DNA of 62,832 bases, from assembly GCA_007118135.1 (NCBI GenBank), contig SKSE01000083.1:1-62832 (forward strand), read 5' to 3'. A model generated the notes under the pieces. It was given only the letters and a program-made list of their open reading frames with translations. It searched no databases and was not told the DNA's origin. Shown here in pieces: positions 10,330 to 19,623 of this stretch; within the stretch, counting starts at the first letter, position 1; each line of letters opens with the position of its first letter. Source of the DNA: Bacteroidales bacterium. Its GTDB lineage: Bacteria; Bacteroidota; Bacteroidia; Bacteroidales; UBA7960. A program made the position numbers and the translations under genes.

Positions 10330-10520
10330 AAATTTATTTTTTAAAAATCAATTATTTAGAAACTAAAGATAGTATTTGATATCGCAAGATACTAAGATAA
10401 TTTTATATTAATCTTTCATTTCCTGCCACATTATTTTCGATCTAAAAATATAAACACCCTTCAAGGGAAAAAGATTTTTCAACAAAAAAACTTATGTTTC
10501 ATACTTTTAAAATATTTAGA

Positions 10521-10528
10521 TATTTTTG
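10521..10528 (+). promoter_or_regulatory. Bacteroidota sigma-A -7 box (TAnnTTTG) upstream of the TPR protein gene
   Basis: tatttttg lies 25 nt upstream of the ATG at 10553. Confidence 0.4.
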
Positions 10529-10552
10529 TTAAGTGGAATAAACTTAAGGCTG

Positions 10553-12925
10553 ATGAATCTAAAAACAAATATTTTTTCTATAAGGATTTTACTTTTAACC
10601 CTTTTTCAGCCATTTTTACTCTCGGCCAATGAAACCATAGGTAATCTCGAATCTCGCTTAGAAAGAGCTGAAAACGATTCTCTAAAGATTGAACTATTTT
10701 TACTTATGGGAGATCATTTTGAGCATACAGATTATGATGCCACACTCCATTTTTATAATCAAGCTCTTGATTTGGTAAACAACAGGCTTAGTAAATCTAT
10801 GGATCAAAATGAGGAAGAGACGTTTAAAAATTTAAAAGTTAAGGTACTCAGATATATTGCCATACATAATAAATCCTGGGGAAAATATGATGAAGCTTTT
10901 CAGGCATACAAAATACTTGGACAGGCATACCTTGAAATCGACGATTTAGAAGGGCATATAAGTTCGGTTATTTCCCAGGGAAATGTTTTCTATTACCAGG
11001 GTATCTATCCCAGGGCAATGGAGTTTTATCAAGAGGCACTGATTCTGTCGAAACAAAACAATTTTTACGGTTTAGTTGCCAATCTGAAACTCAATTATGG
11101 CATGAGCTATTACCTGCTTGGGAATTATATTCAAAGTTTATCTTACTTGCAGCGATCGCTTGAATTATATGATAGCCTGGGCATTGAAAATCATATGGGT
11201 AGTATATATATGGGCATGGGCAATATTTACAGTGAACTATCCGATTTTGACAATTCAATGAAAAATTACAACATGGCGCTGGAACATTACAGAAAATATC
11301 CTGATAATAATGCACTCGCCAATTTACAAATAAGCATTGGAGCACTTTATTATGATTTTCAATTGAATCATAAAGCAGAAGAACACTATCTAAAAGCACT
11401 TGATTACGCTATTCTTATGAAAAGTGCCAGGATGAAAGCTCATACCATGCTGAATCTTGGCCAGGTAAATATTCGTAAACTGGAGTTTGATAAGGCTTTA
11501 AGTTATTTTAATCAGGCTATGATACTCGCCGATGAAACCAATAATATGCACATTAAGGCTAATATACTCCGAAACATTGCCATACTTTACATAGCTAAAT
11601 CAGATTACAATATGGCATACCAAAATGCAAGGGAAAGTCTTCAAATTGGGGAATATATCGAATCTGTTGTTGTACAATCTCAGGCCTGGAGGGTACTTTC
11701 GGAGATCAGGGAAAAGCAAGGGATATTCCAGGATGCATTGCTATACTTTCAGAATTTTAAAACTTTAAATGACTCACTTCTTGATCTAGAGAAGCAGCGA
11801 AAACTCACTGAAATGGATGCTCTTTTCCAATCTGAAAAGCAAATACAGGCAATGGAGTTTAAGCAACTTCAACTGAATACCAGTCAAGCAGAACTAAAGC
11901 AGAAAAGACTATTGGCTAATACATTCATTGCAGCCTTTGTGCTCGTGGTTATTTTCGGGATTGCATCTTTAATTTTTTACAACCGAAGAATACGAACCGA
12001 CAGGCTTGTTATAAAACAGAATAAAATAATCCAGGAAACCGGGGGAAAAAATGATCAACTAACAAAGCAACTGGAGATTCAGAATAAAAGAATAATGCAA
12101 ATTGAAAAAGAAATTGCAGTTCATGAAAAAAATCTTTATAACAACCTAACCTTTGCAGAAGAGCTAAATAATTTTATGCTTCCGGGCTTTCATGTTTTGC
12201 CTGCAACCTTCAATGGCCATGCATTTATGTTTACAAATACAAGGTTGCAGCAGGAGAAAACCAGTTTTTTATGGGTAAAACAACATGAAGATAACTTTGT
12301 CATCTCCTTGGCAATGTGCAATTTACCTGGCATCAAGGGCAGCCTTGTAAATCTCTATCTTAACCTTTTGCTTGAAAAATTCTCTCACAGTATTTACCTG
12401 AAGGAGCCTGCAATAATGACCGAAAACCTTAATGAACAGATTCAGCTTCTCTCAAATCGGATGGAAATAGATTCATCACAGATAAATATTTCTCTCCTTT
12501 GGATAAACAGATCTAATCAAAAAATTGTGTATGCCGGTAAACAAATCAGGCTTTACCTGGCCATTGCCCGTATGCGCAAAGACCTTTCGCATAAGCCAAG
12601 ATTTGAATACCAGGAACTCCAGAAACTTAGCACTGACAAATCAAATAATAACGGGGATAAACAAACGAGAAACAGTAAAACTACCAGGGTTCAATTAAAA
12701 AGATCAGACAGATTGTATCTCATTGGTCATTGTAAAAATAATCACACCGGCGAAGTAGAAACAGATGATCACTTATTTATAGAAAATGAAATTATTCCAC
12801 TGCTCAACCAAAACCGGGATCATGAGATTTCTTATCATAAAACCCTTTTAAAAGACTATATGGTTTCAAGAGAAGAAACTGATGAATTACCCGATAATAT
12901 GAATATTATCGGGATCGAACTTTGA
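10553..12925 (+). CDS. TPR-repeat membrane protein with a coiled coil and a C-terminal degenerate SpoIIE/PP2C-like domain
   Basis: Architecture: signal peptide, ~400 aa of TPR-like repeats (YNQALDL, YQEALILSKQ, LQRSLELYD...), a TM helix (FIAAFVLVVIFGIASLIFY) and a coiled coil. The C-terminal ~250 aa have SpoIIE-like spacing but lack the metal-binding Asp residues. Confidence 0.6.
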   Translation: MNLKTNIFSIRILLLTLFQPFLLSANETIGNLESRLERAENDSLKIELFLLMGDHFEHTDYDATLHFYNQALDLVNNRLSKSMDQNEEETFKNLKVKVLRYIAIHNKSWGKYDEAFQAYKILGQAYLEIDDLEGHISSVISQGNVFYYQGIYPRAMEFYQEALILSKQNNFYGLVANLKLNYGMSYYLLGNYIQSLSYLQRSLELYDSLGIENHMGSIYMGMGNIYSELSDFDNSMKNYNMALEHYRKYPDNNALANLQISIGALYYDFQLNHKAEEHYLKALDYAILMKSARMKAHTMLNLGQVNIRKLEFDKALSYFNQAMILADETNNMHIKANILRNIAILYIAKSDYNMAYQNARESLQIGEYIESVVVQSQAWRVLSEIREKQGIFQDALLYFQNFKTLNDSLLDLEKQRKLTEMDALFQSEKQIQAMEFKQLQLNTSQAELKQKRLLANTFIAAFVLVVIFGIASLIFYNRRIRTDRLVIKQNKIIQETGGKNDQLTKQLEIQNKRIMQIEKEIAVHEKNLYNNLTFAEELNNFMLPGFHVLPATFNGHAFMFTNTRLQQEKTSFLWVKQHEDNFVISLAMCNLPGIKGSLVNLYLNLLLEKFSHSIYLKEPAIMTENLNEQIQLLSNRMEIDSSQINISLLWINRSNQKIVYAGKQIRLYLAIARMRKDLSHKPRFEYQELQKLSTDKSNNNGDKQTRNSKTTRVQLKRSDRLYLIGHCKNNHTGEVETDDHLFIENEIIPLLNQNRDHEISYHKTLLKDYMVSREETDELPDNMNIIGIEL

Positions 12926-12927
12926 TA

Positions 12928-14070
12928 CTACCAACGTATATAACCCAGCCTTTTAAGACCTTCGCTTTTTCTCGGATTATCAGAATATCCGAATGAAACG
13001 GTAAGTGACCATGCATTACCTGCAAATGAACTACCTCCCGGATTGTTATGCTCAAGTACAGAAAAGGTAGGTCTTATGCTCAGCCAGGTGCGATTGGAAA
13101 AAATATATCTGTAAGCAGGTCCGAATGAAAAGCTAAATGAACCAAAGGTAATGCGATCAGGGTCCTGACCATCTTCTACCAGCTCAATCAAATCATAACC
13201 TACACCGGCAAATAGTTCAATATTATAATCTGAACCCTGCACCAAAACCCTGCTCCATTCAGCTCCAAGATAGCCTCCCTGAAAATTGGATGTTTTAACA
13301 AGGGTATCCTGCAAAACAATGGAAACCGGATTACCGGTTTTTCCGAACCTGAAATCAAATACTGCATCAAAATAGTTCCAGCCCTTTTTTAAACCCACAT
13401 TTACACCCAAAGAAGGGTGTGAGCCCAGAATATCGAGGTCGGCCATAGGGAACCACATTCCTGCCCTGATACCGATATTGAATTCGGGTAACCTGAGCAG
13501 CTCATCCCGCCTGTTGCGGTATTCTGCTGCCAGGGTGGATTCCTGAAACTCTCCGTCACGCAATGCAGCAAAAAATCTTTCAGGCTCTCCGGCATACATT
13601 TCAAGCATAAAATATTCAATAGTACCCGGTGTGACCCTGTTGATCAACCGGGCTGCCTGGCGCATGGTTTGCCTGTCGAAATCTTCATTAATGGGAACAT
13701 ACCCAAAGAAGTCCTTATGAAAGGCATAATAATCGGCCCTTTCTGCAGGACTTTTTTCAGCAATAAGTCTGTATCTGATCTCAAAGACAATGGCCTGCTC
13801 AAGAATCGAAGTGCCTTCAAGTGCTCCCTGAAACTGCCCTGCTGCAATGAGCTGCAAGGCACGGGCACGAAACACCGGTTCGGTGAGTCCGCACTCTTGC
13901 TCCCATGCAAACAGCAACAGGCCAAGAGCTTCATCATCGCCATCCAACATGGCTCTGGCCACCTGTATTGAGTAGTTTTCAGCTTTCTCAGCGCAGTTCT
14001 CAGTAGAATCCTGGGCATATAAAGGACCAAAAAACAACATAAAAAAAAGGAGCCAATGCAAATTTTTCAT
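12928..14070 (-). CDS. Hypothetical secreted protein, possible outer-membrane beta-barrel C-terminal half
   Basis: The start is placed at MKNLHWLLFFMLFFGPLYAQ (signal peptide). The C-terminal half has alternating beta-strand-like segments and ends in an aromatic residue (...LGYIRW). Confidence 0.5.
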   Translation of the reverse strand: MKNLHWLLFFMLFFGPLYAQDSTENCAEKAENYSIQVARAMLDGDDEALGLLLFAWEQECGLTEPVFRARALQLIAAGQFQGALEGTSILEQAIVFEIRYRLIAEKSPAERADYYAFHKDFFGYVPINEDFDRQTMRQAARLINRVTPGTIEYFMLEMYAGEPERFFAALRDGEFQESTLAAEYRNRRDELLRLPEFNIGIRAGMWFPMADLDILGSHPSLGVNVGLKKGWNYFDAVFDFRFGKTGNPVSIVLQDTLVKTSNFQGGYLGAEWSRVLVQGSDYNIELFAGVGYDLIELVEDGQDPDRITFGSFSFSFGPAYRYIFSNRTWLSIRPTFSVLEHNNPGGSSFAGNAWSLTVSFGYSDNPRKSEGLKRLGYIRW

Positions 14071-14195
14071 TTGGAAGAGATTAAAGCGGAATTCAAATAT
14101 AAGGATAATCGAATAATATGAGGCAGGATGTATTAAAAAATCAAGCTTTACAAAAAATGACTTCAAAAAAACAACCCGACAATAAGAAAGTATCA

Positions 14196-14203
14196 TAAAT
14201 TTG
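14196..14203 (+). promoter_or_regulatory. TAnnTTTG -7 box upstream of the GT1 gene
   Basis: taaatttg lies 65 nt upstream of the ATG at 14268. Confidence 0.35.
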
Positions 14204-14267
14204 TTAGCACAAACCCCTTGAAAGACAATTCAAAAGAACCTCAACTTGCAACTGATAATTTCTTTAA

Positions 14268-15479
14268 ATGAAAATCGCACTAACAACCATTGGTTCGCGT
14301 GGAGATATTCAACCCTGTATAGCGCTGGGGATTGAACTTCAAAAACGTGGCCATCATACCGCCATATTAACCCACCCCTGGGCAAAACAGATTGTGAATT
14401 TTTACGGGCTTTCGCATATCCCGGTTGGAGATGATATTGATATCAATGACACTGCAAGGCAGTTTGTGGAAAACTCATCCAACAACCTGAAAGGATTCAG
14501 ATTCGCCCTGAACTTTATTTTCAGCAGGTTGAGAAATTGCCATAAAGATTTCCTGGCAGGTCTAAAGGATTTTGACCTGGTTATCGGGCATGGTATTGTT
14601 GGAAAAGGCGAAGCAGATATGCTTGAAAAGCCCTTTGTTACAGTTTCCATTGAAACCATGGGACTTGAAAAGGAATACTGGAAAACGAGGAATTTCATCA
14701 GGGAAGCAGCCTTGTTCCTGTCTGATAAACTTATGGGAGCTCTCTTTGGAAAACCTTACCTGCAATTTCGCAAAGATATCGGGGCACCCCCGCCGGGCAA
14801 AAAAGATAAGTACCCCTATCTGGCTATAGTTCCCATTCCGGTGTTATTACAGAAACCCCATCGCGCCTGGAAAGAAACCACCGAATTAACCGGGTTTCTT
14901 TTCGCCGAAACACCGGATGAATATAATCCGCCTGAAGATTTACAGGGTTTTTTAAAAAACAGTGAAAAGCCCATCCTGGTTACCTTTGGTTCCATGTTTC
15001 ATAACCATGAACAGACTCTTCAATTATTTAATGTGATTTGTGATGCACTGGCAAAATCAAGATCCAGAGCCATCCTCATTATGCCCGACCTGAAACAGTT
15101 GGAAATTGCAATTCCTGAAACCATCTTTTTGGCTGATCAGATTCCTTACAGCTGGTTGCTTAATCATGTTACACTTGTGGTCCATCACTTTGGATTTGGC
15201 ACCACTGCCGAAGTATTGAAAGCCGGACTTCCTTCCATACCCATACCCCATATCTTTGACCAGAAAATCAGGGCTTCAAAGATCTTTAAAAAAGGCTATG
15301 CTCATAAACCCCTACAAATTCATAAAATCAACGCCGACATCCTGGCAAATTCAATTATCCAAACTCAAAATGATGCGGAATTGATAAAAAAATGCCGGAA
15401 TGCAGGAAAGGAGATCTCAAGGGAGAATGGAGTAAGTAAAGCAGCCGATTTGATTGATAATTACCTGAAAGATTACTGA
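14268..15479 (+). CDS. Glycosyltransferase family 1 (MGT / sterol-type UDP-glycosyltransferase)
   Basis: MKIALTTIGSRGDIQPCIALGIELQKRGH (GT28-N / UDPGT N-terminal motif) and HHFGFGTTAEVLKAGLPSIPIPHIFDQ (donor-binding motif). Confidence 0.8.
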   Translation: MKIALTTIGSRGDIQPCIALGIELQKRGHHTAILTHPWAKQIVNFYGLSHIPVGDDIDINDTARQFVENSSNNLKGFRFALNFIFSRLRNCHKDFLAGLKDFDLVIGHGIVGKGEADMLEKPFVTVSIETMGLEKEYWKTRNFIREAALFLSDKLMGALFGKPYLQFRKDIGAPPPGKKDKYPYLAIVPIPVLLQKPHRAWKETTELTGFLFAETPDEYNPPEDLQGFLKNSEKPILVTFGSMFHNHEQTLQLFNVICDALAKSRSRAILIMPDLKQLEIAIPETIFLADQIPYSWLLNHVTLVVHHFGFGTTAEVLKAGLPSIPIPHIFDQKIRASKIFKKGYAHKPLQIHKINADILANSIIQTQNDAELIKKCRNAGKEISRENGVSKAADLIDNYLKDY

Positions 15480-15545
15480 TACAGTATACTCTACCAAAAT
15501 TCACTACAGATTCACATGTCAGATTTTCATTCATTTGACTAAATA

Positions 15546-16004
15546 TCAACGAAGTATTTTTTTGTAGTTGAGCAGGGTGTTAAAGTCTTGCAATTGTTCT
15601 TTATCTTTTATGTCAAAAGTAAGTGGAATGAGTTTTCCTATTGGGTTTGCGTTGGCAAATGAAGATTTAACTTCCTCACTAATACTTAAATCCAATACAC
15701 CCGAACGAGTTTTTTCAGTGAAATAAAAACTTGCTTTAATGAAACCCTCCCAGGCAGAAATCCAGACCATTGTTTTTTTCTTGAAAGTAGCTTTTCCCAA
15801 CCAGGCTTTTCCATCTTTATAGTATCTCCATTCAAGGTCAATTCCTGCGTTTAAAAAACTTTGGTCAATTTTCTTCAATATGTTATAAATGGATTCGTCA
15901 AGAACAGACTTGAATAATTCTTCCGTAGGCTCTTGTTCAGGATTTCTGAGAAGTTGTTTGGTAGTTTCTTCTTTCATTGTGCTATTTTTGGGGGAGCTTA
16001 CCAT
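15546..16004 (-). CDS. DUF3788-like small cytoplasmic protein
   Basis: DLEWRYYKDGKAWLGKATFKKKTMVWISAWEGFIKASFYFTEKTR resembles the DUF3788 family as I remember it. The start could be the internal MKEETTK at 15977. Confidence 0.5.
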   Translation of the reverse strand: MVSSPKNSTMKEETTKQLLRNPEQEPTEELFKSVLDESIYNILKKIDQSFLNAGIDLEWRYYKDGKAWLGKATFKKKTMVWISAWEGFIKASFYFTEKTRSGVLDLSISEEVKSSFANANPIGKLIPLTFDIKDKEQLQDFNTLLNYKKILR

Positions 16005-16080
16005 ACCGCATGTTGCGTTTAGTGATTATTTTTCATCTTTCGTCAAATAGCCGTTTGCTGCAAACGGGCATTCCTATCCC

Positions 16081-17136
16081 CTATTCAATATTTCCTGAGC
16101 CCGGTCTTCTTTTATAGGTGTAGGTAATCGTGCCTCCATTTCGCTTTTCTTTAGCAAGAAATCCGTCTTCGTTATAGGTGTATTCGTAGTTTACATAATC
16201 TGAATTTACAGATACCAGATTATTCAAACTGCAATCACTAACGGTAACATAATAATACCAAAGCCAAAACCATCTTGGGGTTGCGCAGTGATAAAATGGT
16301 GATTTCTTATCATCATATGTGTAGATGTTTGTACCACTTTTTTCAAATTCTTCATCGTGGGATGTTACTCCGATAGCGGTATAATCTGCCTGGGAAAGGT
16401 TTCTGTTTACCCATTTATAATTATAAGTAGTATTCGACCAACCATGGGCCATTTTAGGACGCCAATAATAGGTGAGTTTCTCAGGAAGCTCTTCAGTATT
16501 CAACTCTATTTCGTAACGACTCATGCCATAGTCCCAAAAAGAGATTTTGTTGCCTTCTTTTGTAAACCCGGGACGATAAAAAAATAAATATTGTACATTA
16601 ACCCAAAGCACGGATTCCAGGTCACCGTCGTCGTCATAGGTAAGCGTCATCACAGAGCGAAGCGAATCATTGCTATCGTAATGGTTACGTTTGGTAAGGC
16701 GGTGCTGTTCATCGTATTCGAATATATACCAGCTTTCGTCGATATGCTGCTGCATTTTTTCCAGAAGTATTACGTCTTTTGTTTTGTCGCCTTGCTGTAT
16801 TACTGCAATGGTTTTGTCTTTTACGTCTTCACCTGCAACGGTTATGGTAGCGTAACGCTCTGCAAAATCATCGTTGACCTGCGCTGTTAGGGTAAGTGTG
16901 CCATCGTTCCTACCGCTTGCGGGTGTAACGGATAACCATCCACCCGCCTGTTTTATCTCTATACTCCAATCCGTATCAGAATAAATATTTACAGTTTTTA
17001 CTTCTGTCGGATTTATCGCAAATTCAACGACTTCCATTTCAACTGCAAGTTCTTTGTTATCTTTTTGGCAAGATGCCAATCCAACCAAAACAGCAATGAA
17101 TGCTACTGCTATGTTTTTAAAAGCTTGTCTTTTCAT
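16081..17136 (-). CDS. Lipoprotein with an N-terminal BACON domain and YD/RHS-like repeats
   Basis: Lipobox LASC. The BACON-like stretch is TVNIYSDTDWSIEIKQAGGWLSVTPASGRNDGTLTLTAQVNDDFAERYATITV. Later come YD-type repeats (LTYDDDGDL, YTYNEDGFLAKE). Confidence 0.6.
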   Translation of the reverse strand: MKRQAFKNIAVAFIAVLVGLASCQKDNKELAVEMEVVEFAINPTEVKTVNIYSDTDWSIEIKQAGGWLSVTPASGRNDGTLTLTAQVNDDFAERYATITVAGEDVKDKTIAVIQQGDKTKDVILLEKMQQHIDESWYIFEYDEQHRLTKRNHYDSNDSLRSVMTLTYDDDGDLESVLWVNVQYLFFYRPGFTKEGNKISFWDYGMSRYEIELNTEELPEKLTYYWRPKMAHGWSNTTYNYKWVNRNLSQADYTAIGVTSHDEEFEKSGTNIYTYDDKKSPFYHCATPRWFWLWYYYVTVSDCSLNNLVSVNSDYVNYEYTYNEDGFLAKEKRNGGTITYTYKRRPGSGNIE

Positions 17137-17395
17137 CTGTATACAAATTAGTTTAGTGGTTAGATTGACAAATTATACATACATCCCTTTCATTTACTTT
17201 TTTGAGCGAATTGTGCTCATGTATGCTTCATCCCAATGTGATTTTTCTTTCCCCGAACTATAGCCAGAAGCAAATCGTATGTCGCTTTATCAACAGGAAG
17301 TTCGGTATTCTATACCATTTCTTATAAAATCAATCTCTTCGCGGTAAATAATCAAATAGTCAAATGAATTAACCATATTTTTTTCTGATGAATTC

Positions 17396-18331
17396 TTAAT
17401 CCCTCAGGCAACGTACAGAGAGACCCTCATTCTTAAAGCCAAGGAGCCTGTAAACATCGCTGGGATAGTAGGACATGCGCCGGTACCAAGCGTTATAGTC
17501 ACCATACTCGGTAGCACTCCACCAGAAACCGTCGAGCCCCATGGTGTAGAACGTACCACTGCCGCGGGTGCCGCCCGGAAAGGCTGTAAAGCCTGTCACG
17601 TTGGTTGCACCGCCATTGGGGGCATGCCATAAACCTGTGCCGTCCTCGATAGTACCGGTTGCTTTTAGTTTACCTCCCGCATTTTTTTCGCATCCTAAAT
17701 AGTCAATTAATTCTGTCCATTCATCATCGCCTGGCAAATGCCAACCGGCAGGGCAAGCATCCATAGCAGTTTCCCAGTCGTATAGGTAGCCATAAGTTTC
17801 TATATTACTGTTGTTATTAGCGTAAGCCCAGAAATTTCCGCTTGATGGCGCATAAACCAGGTTCTCTGCCATCCATTCCTGGTTGCCAATGATTACAGTT
17901 TGGTAAGCCTTACCATCTCGTGGGTCAATAAAACTTCCAAAATTAACTTCTTCTTTTGTTGTAAAAGTTATTACACCACCATAAGATATTCCTACACTAT
18001 TAGTAGCATAGGCTCTTATATAGTAGGTTGTATTTGGTTCTAAACCCATAATGCTGCTTGTAAAACTGCCTGCACCATTACCATCTTCGGTTTTGTTGTC
18101 ATCAATAGTCGGGTTTTCGTTTGTGCTCCAACAAACACCACGGGCTGTTACTATTGCTCCTCCATCATGGGTTATATTACCTCCCGACATGGCTGTAGTT
18201 TGGGAAATACCTGTTACCTCTGTTGTAGATAGGACAGGAACGTCAGCATCTTTATCGCAACTAATTGCAAATACTAAAAATAATCCCATAAGTAAAAATA
18301 GTAATCTGTTAAATATTTTTTTGTTTTTCAT
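17396..18331 (-). CDS. Lipoprotein with a Fibrobacter succinogenes major paralogous (FISUMP) domain
   Basis: Lipobox FAISC and an Fn3-like N-terminal domain, then DPRDGKAYQTVIIGNQEWMAENL...YGYLYDW...CPAGWHLP...WWSATE...VRCLRD, the FISUMP signature. Confidence 0.8.
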   Translation of the reverse strand: MKNKKIFNRLLFLLMGLFLVFAISCDKDADVPVLSTTEVTGISQTTAMSGGNITHDGGAIVTARGVCWSTNENPTIDDNKTEDGNGAGSFTSSIMGLEPNTTYYIRAYATNSVGISYGGVITFTTKEEVNFGSFIDPRDGKAYQTVIIGNQEWMAENLVYAPSSGNFWAYANNNSNIETYGYLYDWETAMDACPAGWHLPGDDEWTELIDYLGCEKNAGGKLKATGTIEDGTGLWHAPNGGATNVTGFTAFPGGTRGSGTFYTMGLDGFWWSATEYGDYNAWYRRMSYYPSDVYRLLGFKNEGLSVRCLRD

Positions 18332-18603
18332 TATTGCCTCTATATTTAACTGTTAGGAATTATTTCAATTAATTGTTTTTGTTCAATGCAGTGACTTGGT
18401 AGTGATTTCGGGAATGAACGCCAACTCATTTACACCAACAAATATATACGACTTTTTTAAATGAGATCTGTTTTTTCGGGTTTATCAAACAGTGTTGCCG
18501 GGGGAAGGCTTTTGGTCTTTATTTCCTTTTGGATAGCTCAAACCCAATATTTCATTGGGGATTAAAATCCTCCAGTCACCATGCCGGGTTAAGTAAACGG
18601 CCC

Positions 18604-18635
18604 AAAAAAAGCCCCGCAGAAAACATCTGCGAGGC
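18604..18635 (-). terminator. Intrinsic terminator downstream of the tRNA-Leu pair
   Basis: On the minus strand, gcctcgcaga / tctgcggggc form a hairpin followed by ttttttt. Confidence 0.7.
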
Positions 18636-18649
18636 TGTTATATCTTTTG

Positions 18650-18733
18650 TGCCCAGAACAGGACTCGAACCTGCACGTACTTGCGTACACTAGTCCCTGA
18701 AACTAGCGCGTCTACCAATTTCGCCATCTGGGC
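18650..18733 (-). tRNA. tRNA-Leu (anticodon CAG), 84 nt, long variable arm, no encoded CCA
   Basis: The reverse complement reads GCCCAGATGGCGAAATTGGTAGACGCGCTAGTTTCAGGGACTAGTGTACGCAAGTACGTGCAGGTTCGAGTCCTGTTCTGGGCA. It has a 7-bp acceptor stem, anticodon loop TTCAGGG and T-arm GGTTCGAGTCC. Confidence 0.93.
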
Positions 18734-18767
18734 CAATACGTTGAAGATCTATATTTTAATGGAATTG

Positions 18768-18851
18768 TGCCCAGGACAAGACTCGAACTTGCACGAGCTT
18801 ACGCTCACTACCCCCTCAAAGTAGCGTGTCTACCAATTTCACCACCTGGGC
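18768..18851 (-). tRNA. tRNA-Leu (anticodon GAG), 84 nt, long variable arm
   Basis: The reverse complement reads GCCCAGGTGGTGAAATTGGTAGACACGCTACTTTGAGGGGGTAGTGAGCGTAAGCTCGTGCAAGTTCGAGTCTTGTCCTGGGCA. The anticodon loop is TTGAGGG. Confidence 0.9.
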
Positions 18852-18982
18852 TTTTTGTTACATTTTCTATTGTTCAGTAAGGAAAGACCGTTAAAAATCC
18901 CTTTTTGAAAATGTGTGGCAAAGGTAAGAAAAGTTTTATTTCACACAATAGCTTTTATTGCATTTTTTACATTGTTTTTTGT

Positions 18983-18990
18983 TAGGTTTG
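18983..18990 (+). promoter_or_regulatory. TAnnTTTG -7 box upstream of the gene at 19008
   Basis: taggtttg lies 18 nt upstream of the ATG at 19008, which implies a very short leader. Confidence 0.4.
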
Positions 18991-19007
18991 CACAAACATT
19001 TTTTGCT

Positions 19008-19553
19008 ATGACCAACCCAGAGGAAAATCCCGTTATATCGCGCCAGGTGCTCGAAATGATAACCGTAGCGCATGAATATTGTTTGTTTTTTGAGGAGGCC
19101 GAAAAATATCCGGCACAGGAAATTTTCGCTTACTTCCAGAAAATCGGTCCGCTGCTCTATCTGAAAGGAGCCATTTTACCAACCGGAATCAAGGCAGAGC
19201 CTGAATATATGGAGCGGTTTGTTACTGAAGAGCAATGGGAAGGTATTTTTAAATCCCTTAGAGAGAAATTTGGCGAAGAGGATGTGTATTATGTGCATAA
19301 TCACAACTACGATACTGAAGAAGTAAGCCTGGCCGATAACCTGGCCGATATTTACCAGGATATGAAGGATTTTGTTATGCTTTACCAAAAGGCTCCCATT
19401 ACCAGTAAGGAGTGTGCAGTGGCAGAACTGCAAAAACTTTTTGAAAACCATTGGGGCTTAAGAGTTCTACAAGCTTTAGGTTATGTACACGGTAAAATAT
19501 ATCGCGATAGTATTGACCCCGAACTTTTCTCTGACGAAGACCTTTCGGATTAA
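19008..19553 (+). CDS. Conserved hypothetical cytoplasmic protein (DUF5063-like)
   Basis: The start is placed at MTNPEENPV. The upstream part of the tracked ORF is hydrophobic junk that overlaps the promoter. An acidic helical protein; the family assignment is from memory only. Confidence 0.45.
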   Translation: MTNPEENPVISRQVLEMITVAHEYCLFFEEAEKYPAQEIFAYFQKIGPLLYLKGAILPTGIKAEPEYMERFVTEEQWEGIFKSLREKFGEEDVYYVHNHNYDTEEVSLADNLADIYQDMKDFVMLYQKAPITSKECAVAELQKLFENHWGLRVLQALGYVHGKIYRDSIDPELFSDEDLSD

Positions 19554-19554
19554 T

Positions 19555-19595
19555 AAAAAATCTCCCCGGATTATCTCAACGATAAAACCGGGGAG
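19555..19595 (-). terminator. Intrinsic terminator of the GLUG/T9SS gene (hairpin shared by the convergent pair)
   Basis: ctccccgg (19562-19569) pairs with ccggggag (19588-19595). On the minus strand it is followed by attttttatt. Confidence 0.6.
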
Positions 19596-19623
19596 CTGAA
19601 GTCTTCAATCCCAAAAAATAACA

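Noticed and set aside
17137-17395. Possible small ORFs or gene remnant between the BACON and FISUMP lipoprotein genes (e.g. minus-strand MVNSFDYLIIYREEIDFIRNGIEYRTSC)
   Set aside because: The frames are broken by stops after ~25 codons and no family was recognised. It may be a decayed fragment, but I cannot support a call.
15480-18650. Integrated element at the tRNA-Leu genes
   Set aside because: No integrase, excisionase or transposase is present, and I could not spot a direct repeat of the tRNA 3' end. I keep it only as a low-interest note.
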